A stretch of 63,765 nt of DNA, filler included, from Neoconidiobolus thromboides FSU 785 (lineage: Eukaryota > Fungi > Entomophthoromycota): the NCBI GenBank assembly GCA_025603075.1. It is 4 parts of 4 records of this genome, joined end to end, with 100 filler letters (N's around TTAATTAATTAA, not from the genome) between each part and the next. Parts side by side here need not be neighbours in the genome. Positions count along the whole stretch, not along the records: positions 25,057 to 52,740 come from MU626500.1; 3 more parts are not named here. One strand, written 5' to 3'. This document shows, in pieces, positions 39,252 to 52,840 of this stretch (its first letter is position 1; every line of letters begins with the position of its first letter). The notes beneath the pieces were generated by a model. It ran no database searches, was not told the DNA's origin, and saw only the letters and a program-made list of their open reading frames with translations. Both the position numbers and the translations under genes were made by a program.

Positions 39252-39279
39252 AGCTTTAATACAAAAATAAAATATAAGC

Positions 39280-39385
39280 ATATGAGAGTGTTTTTTTTTA
39301 CTTCATTATTTTTTCCATTTTTTAAGCACTATTTAAGCAGAAATTTGTTAGTAGGATTCTTAAACACAAAAATACATCCCCATAT
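39280..39385 (-). mobile_element. ~105-bp foldback MITE-like element
   Basis: ATATGAGAGTGTTTTT...CTTAAACACAAAAATACATCCCCATAT. Confidence 0.85.
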
Positions 39386-40297
39386 CTAAAACTGTTAAAA
39401 GTTCAAAATGAATTAAAACTTTTTTATTTGAATTAATTTATACAAGTATAGTATTTTTGTTGAAACATTTTTAATTAAAATAGAATAATTTTCATACTTA
39501 TATTGTATTCATATTATAATATAATAATAACTATGTTTATTTAAATAAATAAGAATTATTAATAGTTTATGCAAGTTTTAAAAATGTTCATCAAAATTTA
39601 AAATAAAATTTGTTTTTTATCAGTTTCTTTATTTAAGATCATATAGCTAAAAATTAAAAAAGTATTAACAAAATCAATTTAAGTTAACAAGAGCTATTTA
39701 GCTTCGTTTAAAATAAGGTTTATTAGTAAAACAGTTATTCAAACTTAAATATGCATCAAATGCTATTTTTATAACAATAAAAATTATTATTATAAGGTTT
39801 TCTATAATTTCCTACAGTTTTTTTATTCTAAATAGCCTACATTTAAGTAATGTTTATATTATGATAAAAAATAAAGAGTTGAAATTTTATGATATAAATT
39901 TAATGCTTATAGTTTTATAATTTAATTATACAATTTTAGCTAATATTTTTTTAATTTTTTTAAAAACCGGTGTTTGCTTTGGATATCATCATTTTCAATA
40001 TTTTAGCTTATTATTATTACAAAATAAGTAAAAGTTTATAATATTTTTAATTAGAAAAATAATTTGTTATCATATTATACTATTTATTAAAAAAAAGTAT
40101 AGAAAACCTTTTAATAACACTAAAATTTAGTAATTCTATTATTGATATTAATTATTTGCTATTTTTGTATTATAATAATAATAATATAACTATTATTATC
40201 ATAAATAATTTTAATAATATAAATACGTTATATTAATATTAGATAGATGATTTTATTACGGATAAGCATTTTGATTATAAATTTTATTTTATTAAGT

Positions 40298-40402
40298 ATA
40301 TGGGAATGTATTTTTGTATTTAGGAATTTTACTAATAATTTTTCCACTCAAATAGCGCTTAAAAGAGGGAAAAAGTAATGAAACAAAAAAACACTCTCAT
40401 AT
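40298..40402 (+). mobile_element. ~105-bp foldback MITE-like element
   Basis: ATATGGGAATGTATTTTT...CCACTCAAATAGCGCTTAAAAG...ACACTCTCATAT. Confidence 0.85.
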
Positions 40403-41655
40403 TATTATCTTAAATTTAAATTTTTTATCAAGAAACTAAAATAAAGAGATTAAAAAATAACATTAAAACCATCAAATCCATATTAGAGTTTAACAGTAAT
40501 TATTATATAATTGTATTTATTTACTTATTTCTATATTTCTATATTTCTATACTTTTTTATTTTTAATCTATTTTTTGAAGTAAAATTAATTTAAATTTAA
40601 ATTTATTTTAAACATAATATCAAAAAATGAAATAAATTTGGGCATTATTTATATGTAATTGAGTATTCCAGTTTACTTGCAATAAATCTTTGAGCAGCAG
40701 TAACATCAAAAGCATAAAAAGTATGACTTGACAGTATTATCTCTTCTAGTTATGTTTATTTAAGGAAAAAGTATCTCATTTAAATCATTTGTTTTTAATT
40801 CTCTAAATTTAGATTAAAACATAATATTTAAAATGAAGGGCTAAATTAAATTCATTTTGAAATTTGTTTATTTTGAAATTTATTTATTTTCATATTTATT
40901 GAGTTTGAAATTATGTTGTCATTATTAATAAGCTGAAGTTGAAATTATATAAAGATAATGACCTAAGTTAGGTTTGAAAATGATTGTTAATAATAAGACC
41001 GCTTTTTGATTTTTGTTAGATTTAGGAAATTTCAAAGTCAGTTTAAATTATTATAGTATTTATTCTTATTAGAATACTATAAATTCAATAAACAAAAGTC
41101 AATATTAAGTTATCTATTATAATTGATAACTTTGAATATCAACTTATTGAAAAATACTAAAATTTCTAGAATAAGGGAATTTCCGATCAAAGAATAATAA
41201 GTTATATTTCGGTAATTATTACACCATTAAAATCATTTTATAAATTCTTGATTTGCTTGTTAAAAATTTGTCCATTTTATCCATTCTTAATTTTTAATCA
41301 TTTATTAGTTTAATAGGGAAAATAATCTAAGAATCAGAAATTAAGCCCAAGAAAACAAATAAAGTACATAAATCATAAATTTAGTAATTTATCATTAAAT
41401 ATTCAAAGAATGCTTAGTTTAAACTAATAAGAATCCAATCTCAATTCATAACTAAACTAGGGATTAAATAATTAACCAATAGTAATTGAATAGATTATAG
41501 AAATTAACAAATCACATCAGTTATGCCATTATCTTTCAATACGGGAATTTAAAACAATTTAACAATCACTTCATAATTTCAACTGCCAATTTTCAATTTA
41601 TCATTTTTTACTTTAAAATAAACCGTGATTCTCATTCCATTAATACAAAACATAT

Positions 41656-44128
41656 ATGGAAACCAATACCACGAGAAAATCATCTATCTCTACAAACCGA
41701 GACAGCATGGGTTCTGATATGGGTTATTTTTCCACTTCTCCAGGTCAAGACTTACCTGCTACACCACATACTAGTCTTTTAGATTTCTATAAAAGTAATA
41801 GTAACACACAACTTCAATTAATCAATGAGGATGGTTATCATACAGCTAGATCTTCTTTATATTTAACTCCAAGTTCAGTTTATTCTAATTTATCCTTTAG
41901 TGATCTACCAATTTTTGTTAATGAAGATGGGGGGAATGGGGGTATACTTAATGGGTTTAATGAAGAAGAATATAAATTAGAAAGTACTTATCATACACCC
42001 AAAATGAGTTTTTTGGATATGAAAAATGGTAAAGAGAGTAAAAAGAATACACCGATATTGAAGGAAGAAAAAGAGGTATTTTTAGAGTGTGAAGAAAGGA
42101 CATCAAGTCCAACAACAATCGAAGAAGAGGAAAAAATTGATTTAGTAAAAGAACAAATGGAAGAATTACAACTAAGTTTAATGAATGATGAAAGTAATTT
42201 ACAAAGGAGATTAAATATTGCTATGGAAATATTAAATACCGAAAGAACTTATTTGGCAGGATTGGAATTAATTGAAACTACATTTTATAAACCTTTATTA
42301 GAAGCTAGTCAAAGTAATAATCCAATTATTGAAAGTAAAAGGATCGCGGATATATTTTCTAATTTGATGGGTATTTTGGCGGTTAATAGAGAATTTTTAT
42401 CGCAATTAGAAACCAGATTAGTAAAAAACGAATGGTGTCCTAAAAATGGATTGATTGGGGATATCTTTTGTCAATTGGTAAGAAGAAATAACGTAATAAG
42501 TTAATAATTTTTATTTATATATTGTTATTTAGGCACCCTATTTCAGAATGTATTCGTTATATGTTAAAAACTTTAATTCAGCATTAGCCGTTATCTCTGA
42601 ACAAATGGGTAAATCAGTAGCATTTGCTACTTTCCTTAAAGTAGGTTATTAATTTGAATTATATTTATTTCAATTAATTATTTTTATTATTAGGATAAAA
42701 AAATAGTTGAACAATGTAAAGGGTTACCATTTGAATCTTATCTTATATTACCAGTTCAACGTATACCTAGATATAAATTATTAATTGAAGATTTAATTAA
42801 AAGAACTCATTCATCTCATGTTGATTATGATAATTTAGTTAAAGGATTAGATATTGTCTCTAAAGGTAATTTATAATATACTAAATATATTAAATATATT
42901 AATATTAATAATATTATTAATTAGCTGCAACCTTTGTCAATGAGACTATAAGACAACATGAAATGTTTATGGATATGTTATTAATACAAAAATCACTACA
43001 AGGATTTAATGAAAATTTATTAATACCAGGAAGAAAATTAATCAAAAAAGGCAGTGTTTATAAGATATGTCGAAAAAACCATCAATTAAGAGTATTTTTT
43101 TTATTTAGTGATATACTAATTTATGGATCTGGAAATCCAGATTCGGATTCAACTTTAGTATTTCACCGTAAAGTAGATTTAGAAGTAGTTAAAATTGTAG
43201 ATGTTCCAGATACAGATAATATTAAGAATTTATTTCAAATTATTAGTCAAGAAAAATCATTTGCAGCTTATTGTGATACAATAAAAGAAAAACAATCATG
43301 GTTAGATGCTTTTAATACAACAATTAAAGAATTACATTCAAATAAAAAAACATTGAAATTAGATACTAATAGTATTCGACAAAAAAAAGAAATTATATTA
43401 CCTTTAGTGGTTAAAGATTATTCAGCACCAGTATGGATACCAGATGATCAAGCTATAGATTGTCATTGTTGTAAAGAAGAGTTTACAGTATTTAAAAGAA
43501 AACATCATTGTCGATTATGTGGTAATGTAGTATGTCATACTTGTTCCAATAATACTTTTTTTATACCTGGACAATCTTTGGTAGATCATCGACCAGCAAG
43601 GGCATGTGATAAATGTTATAAATTAAAATTTAAAGGAGAGAATCCACCTCCTCATACTAGTTTATCTGCATTAAAAAGATATTCCTTTTTAGGAACTGGA
43701 AGTACAAGTTCAACATCAACATCTAATTCCGATTTATCAACTTCATCACCTATTTTTCCACCAGCAAGATTTCCATTCAATGCACCTAAAAGATTAGTTG
43801 AATTAAGAGAAACAATTAATAATTCTAGAGATTCTTATTTTTCAGATTCATCATCTTTATTATCTTTTTGGACAGATGAAGACACAAAAAATAAAAATAA
43901 CAAAAGTAATGAATTTAACAATAATAATTCAACAAATAGTTCTTTGTCAAGGTTAAGTAGGGTAAGTTTAAAATTATAAAGTTATAAAATTAATTTACTA
44001 ATTGTTTTTATTAATAGTTACGTTCTATGTCGGGTTCAACAGCTGCATTAATTGGTGGATTTACTTCTAATACTAGATCATGTGAATTATGTTTAATTGA
44101 ATTTAATGTATTTAAATGGAAGGTAAGA

Positions 44129-44170
<42 letters not shown>

Positions 44171-44599
44171 AATAATAATTTATTTAGTTAACTAATTTTT
44201 AATATTGAATAGAATGAGTGTCAAACATGTAAAAAAATAGTATGTGGTGATTGTTTAAGTAAAAAACCAATAATTAAAGCAAAGAGACAATCAATGGTTA
44301 ATTTACAAAAAGAAATTCATAAAAGTCAACATCATGAAGATAGTAGTAGTATTATTAGTAATAATAATAGTAATAATTCAACATTAATAGATGATGTTGT
44401 ATTATGTGATCCATGTTACCTTGGTGTTGATCCAAATCATGTAGTTGTTAATCCAGAAGGTGGGGGTTGGGGAGTACATGAAGTAACTTCATTAACATCA
44501 CCACCAAAACAAAAAGAAAAAGAATTAAATGAAAGAATTAAAATGGAAACTAGTAATCCATTGGTTAGTGAACCAGAAGATTTTAAATTGAGTGGATAA
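41656..44599 (+). CDS. FGD/frabin-like RhoGEF: DH-PH-FYVE plus a second FYVE-like zinc finger, multi-exon
   Basis: DH: [38 protein letters not shown]: [21 protein letters not shown]: [38 protein letters not shown]...RACDKC. The tail has [20 protein letters not shown]. Confidence 0.9.
44130..44168. repeat. (TTA)n microsatellite in an intron
   Basis: About 13 perfect TTA units just after the GTAAG donor at 44123. Confidence 0.9.
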
Positions 44600-44824
44600 T
44601 AAGATAAATGAATTTATTAATTGATACAATGGGATTATGAATTAATGAGTTTATTTTACGTATGTGTTTTATTGAGATGAAATGAAATGAGATGAGATGA
44701 GATGAGAGAGATGGTTTTATTATTATAAGTTGTATATTGTTTTTTTTTATTTTTTTATTATATATATTAAATTAAGTATTATTGTTAAAATTATTCTGTT
44801 TTCTATTTTCTATTTAGTATTTAA

Positions 44825-46630
44825 TCATTTAAATTCCATATCATCACCTACAACTTCCATAATTTTAATATAGAATTCTTCACAAATAGCAAAATAGGGT
44901 CTTGAATAATCAATCAATTTAATGGCTCTTTTTAAACCATCTTTAGCAAATAATCTCAAACCTTCATCTTTATCATCTAAACAGTAAGCAAAAAACAAAG
45001 AAGCAGCAGATAAAGCATAAAATAAATAAGCAATACCAAATCTAAAGTAATAAGGACCTAAAGATTCTACAGCAATTGTAATTAGTCTAGCTGAAAACAA
45101 ACCTCTAATTAAATAAAATTTATATTCTTTTGAATCTTTATATTTTAAAAAATATTGACATAATCTAATAATCATAACATTCATCAGACTAAAATTCTGG
45201 ACCATTAATGGGATTGCTAATTCAATTAACCATTTGGGTTGATCTTTAACTAATGAATTCATTTTTTGAAAAAATCGTTGATAACAATTAGCAATTTTCA
45301 GCATTAGTTTTCCACATAATTCATTTGCCTTTTCTCTATTATTTGAAAATCGAATTTTAATACAACCATGAACATGACCTAATAATTCTGCTAATTCCGT
45401 ATAACATTTAAAATAAGTAGATGCTAAATATTCTCTAGCAATAATAAATTCATCTTTATCTTCTTCTTCCGATAATCTGGGCAATTTGGCTAATTTAGGA
45501 TATTGATATAAAGTAGTGCCATTAATTAAAATAGGTCGATTAGTAAAATGAAATGCAATTTTATCATGGATACATAAAGTCCACCAAACATGAGCGCGAA
45601 TTCGAATTTCTCTCTCCGATAATTGAAATTCTTTAGGTAATGGTAAATGTAATCCTAAAGTAGTAGCTAAACTTACCGCATATCCATGGTAAATCCAAGT
45701 ATTTTTAAATTGACTCGGTACATTTTGAAATTGACACATTAATAATAAACAAATTACTAAATCTAAAGTAGGTTTAGGAAATTGAGTTTGAAATTGAAGT
45801 AAAATTTGATTATCAAGATATTCGTATAATCCAGGAATCGGTGCTCCTTTAGGTAAATATTTTGCTCCAACACCTGCTACTAATCTTTTTAACATTAAAT
45901 TATCTTTTTTATCAAAACTTAATTCATCAATAATGGGACAAAATCGTGCATAATATGTAAAATAAGCTTTAGAACATTCTGTAAAGATACTCTCTTCAAT
46001 TAATTCTTCTTGAATTTGACTTCTATTTAATGAAAATACATCACTCTTTTTTACTTCCATTCTATCTTTTGCTTTATCCATTTTTTGCTGTAAATCATAA
46101 TAAACGGTCAATAAACCACCAATAGGACTTTGACCATAATATTCTAATTCTTTAGAGGCTGTTTTATAAATAAAAGTAGAATCCGTATCTAAATATGAAT
46201 TTTTTAAAATCAATCGAACAATAGCTACATTCCTCCAATTAGTATAAATACTTTTACTTATCTTAGGTTTATTTTTAAATATTCGAAATTGACCTACATT
46301 AACTGAATTAAATTGAATTTCTTTTTTAGTTTTATTTTTAGATTTAACTGAAGAAGGTGAATTTGGTTTCATTTTCCAAGAAATCACGGCGGTATCTGTA
46401 GGTGGAAATTGGATACCGGCGTTATCGAAATTGACAAAAGTATTGAGTATCATATTATCAGAAATATAAGTACATGATTGATTTTTATTATAACATAATT
46501 GACAAGATGGAAGATATCGATCACAAGATAAGTTTTGATTTTGACATTGAGTACATTCAATTTTAGATAATTTACTTTTAGGTTTGGATTTGTTGTTTGA
46601 ATTAGCTTGTATTATAAAGGAATGATACAT
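44825..46630 (-). CDS. Zn2Cys6 / fungal-specific transcription factor, intronless
   Basis: CTQCQNQNLSCDRYLPSCQLCYNKNQSC has CX2CX6CX6CX2CX6C spacing. The Fungal_trans-like middle region reads YAVSLATTLGLH...EREIRIRAHVWWTLCIHD. Confidence 0.88.
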   Translation of the reverse strand: MYHSFIIQANSNNKSKPKSKLSKIECTQCQNQNLSCDRYLPSCQLCYNKNQSCTYISDNMILNTFVNFDNAGIQFPPTDTAVISWKMKPNSPSSVKSKNKTKKEIQFNSVNVGQFRIFKNKPKISKSIYTNWRNVAIVRLILKNSYLDTDSTFIYKTASKELEYYGQSPIGGLLTVYYDLQQKMDKAKDRMEVKKSDVFSLNRSQIQEELIEESIFTECSKAYFTYYARFCPIIDELSFDKKDNLMLKRLVAGVGAKYLPKGAPIPGLYEYLDNQILLQFQTQFPKPTLDLVICLLLMCQFQNVPSQFKNTWIYHGYAVSLATTLGLHLPLPKEFQLSEREIRIRAHVWWTLCIHDKIAFHFTNRPILINGTTLYQYPKLAKLPRLSEEEDKDEFIIAREYLASTYFKCYTELAELLGHVHGCIKIRFSNNREKANELCGKLMLKIANCYQRFFQKMNSLVKDQPKWLIELAIPLMVQNFSLMNVMIIRLCQYFLKYKDSKEYKFYLIRGLFSARLITIAVESLGPYYFRFGIAYLFYALSAASLFFAYCLDDKDEGLRLFAKDGLKRAIKLIDYSRPYFAICEEFYIKIMEVVGDDMEFK

Positions 46631-48857
46631 CTTCTTTTTACAATGTAAAAAATAAAATAAATAATTGATACAAAGAATAAAGAAATAAAAAAAGAATAAA
46701 TAATTGTAATTTAATCATATTGTTTACTCATCAATGGCATGAATAAAAGTTTCAATTGATTGTGAATTATTACAAATTAAACCCTTCACTTCACCCTTTA
46801 TTTTTTGGAGACTGAAAATTAAAATATTGTTTATTGATAAAAGTGATAAAAAGGGGTTGTTGGTGAGCTAATTTTAGTAAAAGTTAGTGTTAATATTTTA
46901 TTAGTGAATTTATAACGTTTTTATCTAAAAAGTCGCAAATTTTGCAGATGTTTATGTTTAATGTTTAATATTGATGGTAACAGATTGCAGCAGTAAAAAT
47001 CTATTTACAAGATAAATATTAGTTCTCAAAGGAACTTAATTTTGATAAAAAAATATTAACTAACATTAAAAACTGCTATATTGCTACTGAAGTTCACATG
47101 CATTATTCAACTTTAAAAATAAAGATTTCAAGTTACATTATTTTCATTTATGGTTTATACACTTTTATAATAAAAGTGTACATTTTATAATCAAAATTTG
47201 CACAATTTTACAAACTCAAAGATTAAAATTTTCATATTTATAAGTAAGAATATGCAATGTTTTTCAGACAAATGGCAAAATCTTTCTTAATTGCATTATG
47301 AATTTATACTGGAACATTTTTAAAAAACAATCGTTTATTGGTTGCAATATTATTAAAGAATTTGCATTAAAAATACTTTAAATCTTTACAATTAGGAAAA
47401 ATTCACTGTTACAACCAAACATTGTTTTTATTTTATGTGAATGAATTTATACTGAAACATTTCAAATAACTTAATACTATTATAATAACTATTTTCATTA
47501 ATTACAAAATTTTATTAAACAAATGGTAAACATTAAGCTTAATTAGTGTTTTATTTAATAATTTAAAATCAAAATCAAAATTTATAAAAACTAACTCTAA
47601 TAAAAATTTTAGTTATGAAATTATTATTCTAGCTAATAACCTTATTTCTCTAGTAAATTTTGCCTTTTTAAGTAAGAAAATACTGTAAAGTTTGATATTG
47701 AAAATTAAGATTCATTAAATTTCATCATTTCCTTAAATTTTTTATCAGAGAAATAAATCTTGATGAATTTCAACAAAGAAAATGATAATTCTCAACAAAA
47801 TTAAAACTAATCTGAATAATTTCAAATATAAAACAATTTTTAGAGCAAAATGAGAAATGTTAATTTTAGTAAGTATCGATTACAGTTTTATTATTTTGAT
47901 CATTATTTATTTAGTGTAAAATCTTAATGAGTGCTAAAATAATTTTAAGCTAAAAAAGATAGAAATAACTATTAATACAATATTATATTTGAATTTTAAA
48001 AATTTATATAAAGATCAAGACAAAATCTTTGATTCCAAGTATAAACAACTGCTTATAAGATTACCATCAAAACATCTCAATAATAAAATATTATGAACAA
48101 CAGTTGAATTCCAATGACTACTAAAATTTCATTTAATAATTTAAAGTTAATAAAAGTCATTACATTTAAGAAAATGGGTGCAATATCATTATAACTTTAT
48201 TAAGAAATTGACATCCGATTCTTTAAGGTTGATTCTTTATTTTTAGTCATAATGAAAATAAAGCCTACCTTTATTTTATCATTCAATCTGTTAATCTTAA
48301 CTATTTTCCGCTACTAAATAATCTTTAAATAGTAAATGAATGTAAGTTCTGCTCGGCATAAATCTTGTATTAGCTTATTTTTAATTATAAAATTGATGAT
48401 TTTGGGTATTTGAATGATGTTTAATAGCCCCTAAAATTATTATAAAGGTCACTCTTCTTAATGCAATTAATAGTATACATATAGTTATATTGATTATTTT
48501 GTAGTTGTATATTTATGATTTATTTATCGAAAGTCTGAAATAATTTAAACTATAATTTTACTTCATAAATAATAAATTTAAATACATAATTTACAAGTCA
48601 TTATTTCTAGATAGAGTAAGTTCTATTTGATTAGTATTTGATTTATTATAATCTTCTTTTTAAAAAGAATAGTCCTATTAATTTAAAAGTTAATAAAAAT
48701 AGTATCAAGCCGGAAGGATCTAAGATCTTAACTTATAGCATAACTGATGCCCAAACTTAGAAATTAACAACTTTTACAACGTAAATATCGAGAAAATAAT
48801 TATATCAAATATTAATTTAGTTAAAAAAATTTAAACTGAAAATAAATAATTTTATTA

Positions 48858-49625
48858 TCAATCAAATAATACTTTGATCAATTTTAACTGTCTTAAATCT
48901 TCAGAATTCCTAATTAAAATAGGGTAAGGAGGAGTATTTACAGGTGTAAGGGAGGTGCTATCTGTTTCACGTAAGAAAGAAGAAATCGGAGGTAAACTAG
49001 TTATATCTTCTTTAGAATCAACATAATTTTCACATTTGAAATATGGAGGTGATCTATTAATATTAGAATTGAAAGAGTTATTAATAAAATTAATTGAATA
49101 AAGAGGGAGAGAGGGATTATTAATTGAGTTGTAAGGACTTGGATTCGATTTAATAATAGATTCATTATAAACAAAAGATCCAATTTCAAGCTTTGTTAAT
49201 ATAGAATCAAAATAAGTATCTTGTTTTGGATTTGTTAATTTATTTAATAATAAATCATTGGGATGATAATAATTAACTAAACGAAATTTACTATTTTGAT
49301 ATTCTACGCTAATTGTTTTTTTATATAAACTTAAATTGGAACTGTTAGTACTTGAATAACTCATTGGATGATCAACTTTAAATAATTCTCTATAAACTAA
49401 AAATTTGCCTTGAAATCGGGATGCTGACCATCTCCTTCCATCTCGCCATCTCTTTAAGTTAGTTTCTGTTTCATTCCAAATATAAATGGAACCAGATCGT
49501 ATCTTTTTTAAATCTCTAGCTGTTAATTTTTTATTGACCATTTTTATTAATCCGGATTGTCCAGCTTTTATTAATATTTGAACATCTTTAGGGTCCGCTA
49601 TATAACCAAAATAACTCTCACTCAT
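48858..49625 (-). CDS. Gti1/Pac2 (WOPR) family transcription factor, intronless
   Basis: YFGYIADPKDVQILI...IRSGSIYIWNE...KRWRDGRRWSASRFQGKFLVYREL...LYKKTISV...FRLVNYY. Confidence 0.92.
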   Translation of the reverse strand: MSESYFGYIADPKDVQILIKAGQSGLIKMVNKKLTARDLKKIRSGSIYIWNETETNLKRWRDGRRWSASRFQGKFLVYRELFKVDHPMSYSSTNSSNLSLYKKTISVEYQNSKFRLVNYYHPNDLLLNKLTNPKQDTYFDSILTKLEIGSFVYNESIIKSNPSPYNSINNPSLPLYSINFINNSFNSNINRSPPYFKCENYVDSKEDITSLPPISSFLRETDSTSLTPVNTPPYPILIRNSEDLRQLKLIKVLFD

Positions 49626-51365
49626 TTTAATTGGAATTTTTTTAAATTATTTTTATTTCAAAACTCAGGGGTAATTTTGTATTTTATATTATAACTATAA
49701 ACTATAATAAAGCCCCTGTTTTACTTTATCTCAATACATTTTATTTTTACACTAAAATATTTATACTTTTTTAAAACTATAATAGTAGTGAATTCGTTTT
49801 ATTGAATTATAAAGCAGCCGTTAATCGCATTAATCACTTCATTATGGCTGATTAAACTTTGAGGATAATGAAGCTAGATTGTTTAAGTTTAAAAAAATAA
49901 TACTTTTAGAAATTTACTATATTTAATATAAAGCATTTTGTTAAGAAGGGGGGAATTATTTAATTATTCCTGTATTTTAGAATAGCTCATGGAAAAGCTA
50001 GAAGGTAAATAATAAAAAGAGTGAAGCTATAAATTACAGTGTTCTATCTTATATGGTTTAATTTTTGTTTAAAAAACAACCTTTGGAGCACTGAATTGAT
50101 AGTTATAGTTTAATATGAAAGTGGATTCTCAAAGAATCTATTTTTTAGAATTTAAAATATTAGTATTGCATTTTATTTTTACACAGGAAACCTTTGTCTT
50201 CTAACAATTAATTTCGGATAAAAATGTTAGTCTAAAAAAGCTTGCTTAGTCCTCATCTTGATTTACCGAAAAAAACGCAATTAAGAACAAAAAATCGATG
50301 ATCGATGATTAAATTATACAATAACTAACTATATAAATAATCATAAACATTTAACTTTTAAATATTTAAACTCAAAGATCTAGTTTTACTTTGAATAACA
50401 ACATAAACCATATTCCCCCTGGATTCATGCACCAAATTAATGATGTTGCTGAATTTCACCTCCATTTTATTTTTAGCAATTTTTGCCACTTTTTTCCAAA
50501 TTTAATCATTTTAATGTTTAAGATTAATTAGTTTAACTGGCATTACCAACAATTCTTATGTTTACCAAAGTAAAACCAAAATAACAATATTGTTTTTAAC
50601 GTTCAATTTTATACCTTCAATAATGAATTACTTTTTTAATTTGTTACTATATTTTAGTACTCCTTTCGAAAAACAGGGGGTTAAAGTTTGATGATATTCC
50701 TTTAGTTAATTTTAAAAAAGTAATTTAAGTTGCTATTAAAGTAATGTTAAATTAAACTATAAAATAAATTAAAAGAATATAAAAAATAACATGTGATGCT
50801 TAAATTGTTAAAATAAGTCCGATTTCAGAAGTAAAATGGACTAGGACCTTTTTTAAAACAATTAGTATACTTCCATTATTTTTGAGGCAAATGGTATTAG
50901 TAATAGAGAGCAAAACAAATCAACCAAACTAGCATAAACTATGCCATTTCTTTTATCAAAGCAACAACAATTTCAAAGTAGAGTTATGCTAAAAGCCTTG
51001 TAAATTTCTGATAAATGTGCTATTAAAAATATTAAAAATTCTATTAATAAATGTTTACTATTATTTGAATATCAAAAAATAAAACCCTAAATATTTTATT
51101 AAGAAATGATATAAAGTTTTTGATAAAGCAAATTTTTAAAAATAACAACGGAGTTATAAACTGAGTTGTTATTATTAACTTTAACTTTAACTTTAACTTT
51201 AGCTTTTCAATCTTAACTTTAATATAAACTTTAATACTAATTCCAATCTTAACTGTTTAATTCCATTTTCAATGTAACTTTAACATTACATTTGGCATTA
51301 GCATTAATGTTTAGTTAATTGTATATTAAATTCTTTATACTAAAAACTGTATTATCATGATTATT

Positions 51366-51471
51366 ATATGGAGATGTTTTTTTTGATTTCATCACTTTTT
51401 CCATTTTTTAAGCGCTATTTGAGTGGAAAAATTGTTAATAAATTCTTAAACAAAAAAAATACATCCCTATA
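51366..51471 (-). mobile_element. ~105-bp foldback MITE-like element
   Basis: ATATGGAGATGTTTTT...TAAGCGCTATTTGAGTGG...AATACATCCCTATA. Confidence 0.85.
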
Positions 51472-51879
51472 ATACCATCTTTAAATTATTTTTGCAAAGA
51501 AATATTTATCATGTTAACTGTCTCTGTAGCTATGAATTTCTATTAGAGGTATGATAAAAAGATGAAAAAAATAGTTTATTTGTTAAATATAAAATGAAAA
51601 TTAACTAAAAATGTACTAAAATAAAGCTTTTTTATAAAGAGTTAGTGTTAAATCAATTTATTTGTCTTCATATTTATATAATGAATTGGAGAAATAATTA
51701 GTGTTCTTCTTTGAATACGTCATCCTCAATCTTCAGAAATCTGGCTTATGGTTGGATAGATTCATTTTTCTCCTTTGATCCAATCATATTTCATCTTCTC
51801 TTTCTATATAGTATAGAACTATTAACAGATTTTTTGTCAGACTTTAAATAATTTTATAATCAATTATCCATTAAACAAG

Positions 51880-52740
51880 ATGAGTGAGTCTAAAGCTCAA
51901 GGTGTAAAAGCTGGTGGTTCGAAAATCACTCAGACATCCAAGGTAACTATGAAAGAGATGGGAGGCTATAAGCTTGGGGATCTAGTTTACGTCTTAGGAA
52001 TGAGGTGTACTATTCGTTGGCTAGGTGAAACTGAGTTTAAAGAAGGAGAATGGGTTGGTGTTGAACTGTTTTTACCCAAAGGTAGGAACGATGGTACAGT
52101 TCAGGGAAAGAGATACTTCGACTGTAAGCCAAACTGTGGTATGTTCACCCGTATTGAAATCGTGAGCAAGACCCCTAAATCAATACGTGAGCTCAAAAAG
52201 TTAGCTAAAAAAAGCCCAACAACTGATGAAAAGCCGATTGTTGATGTCAACGCTGATGTCAATGCTGATGCTGATGTCAAATCTCCAAAGGAAGATGAAA
52301 TAAAAGACTTTGCTCCAATAAATATGGATTTTAAGGAGGGTGAGCCTGTACCATATTCAGAAGTCCAAGAATTGTGTGCCAGGATCAAACATTTAGAAGC
52401 TGCAAGGGCCAAAGATCGTGAAAATAGTTCCATAACTGAGAAGGATATTGAAAATGCAAAAAAATTCAATGCAATTTATCCAAGATTAAACGCCCAGTTT
52501 AAGCAAAGACTTGAAGAAAATACAAAACTTAAAAGTGACAAGGAAGCTCTTGAGTCCGAATTAAAATACATTAAAGAGGAAAGAGAGATGGATCTTGGAC
52601 TTATTAAACAGCTTGAAGATGCATTGGATGAATCACAAGAAGTAATTAAAAATTATGAACAGAAGCTCATGTCCATGAATGATGATAATGAGTTCAAGAT
52701 AGCTGCTCAATCTATTCCAGAGAGTGATTTAGTTCCAGAT
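51880..52740 (+). CDS. CAP-Gly + coiled-coil protein (dynactin p150/CLIP-170-like), 3' end lost in gap
   Basis: TIRWLGETEFKEGEWVGVELFLPKGRNDGTVQGKRYFDCKPNCGMF, then heptad-rich EIQELCARIKHLE... The frame is open into the N run. Confidence 0.85.
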
Positions 52741-52840
52741 NNNNNNNNNNNNNNNNNNNNNNNNNNNNNNNNNNNNNNNNNNNNTTAATTAATTAANNNN
52801 NNNNNNNNNNNNNNNNNNNNNNNNNNNNNNNNNNNNNNNN
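52741..52840. other. Assembly gap: 44 N + TTAATTAATTAA + 44 N
   Basis: Same linker structure as at 24957. Confidence 0.95.

Noticed and set aside
37400-41600. 4-kb very AT-rich gene-free region as a possible centromere
   Set aside because: No diagnostic motif. It is adequately explained as a divergent promoter region with MITEs and relics; CENP-A ChIP would be needed.
51175-51205. (TTTAAC)n hexamer run, and (TAAAA)n runs near 14605 and 24108
   Set aside because: Short simple repeats expected in very AT-rich DNA; not a telomere-type array.
16726-52740. Num1-like anchor and CAP-Gly protein (both dynein-pathway) in one window
   Set aside because: About 29 kb and a gap apart with unrelated genes between; no evidence of clustering.
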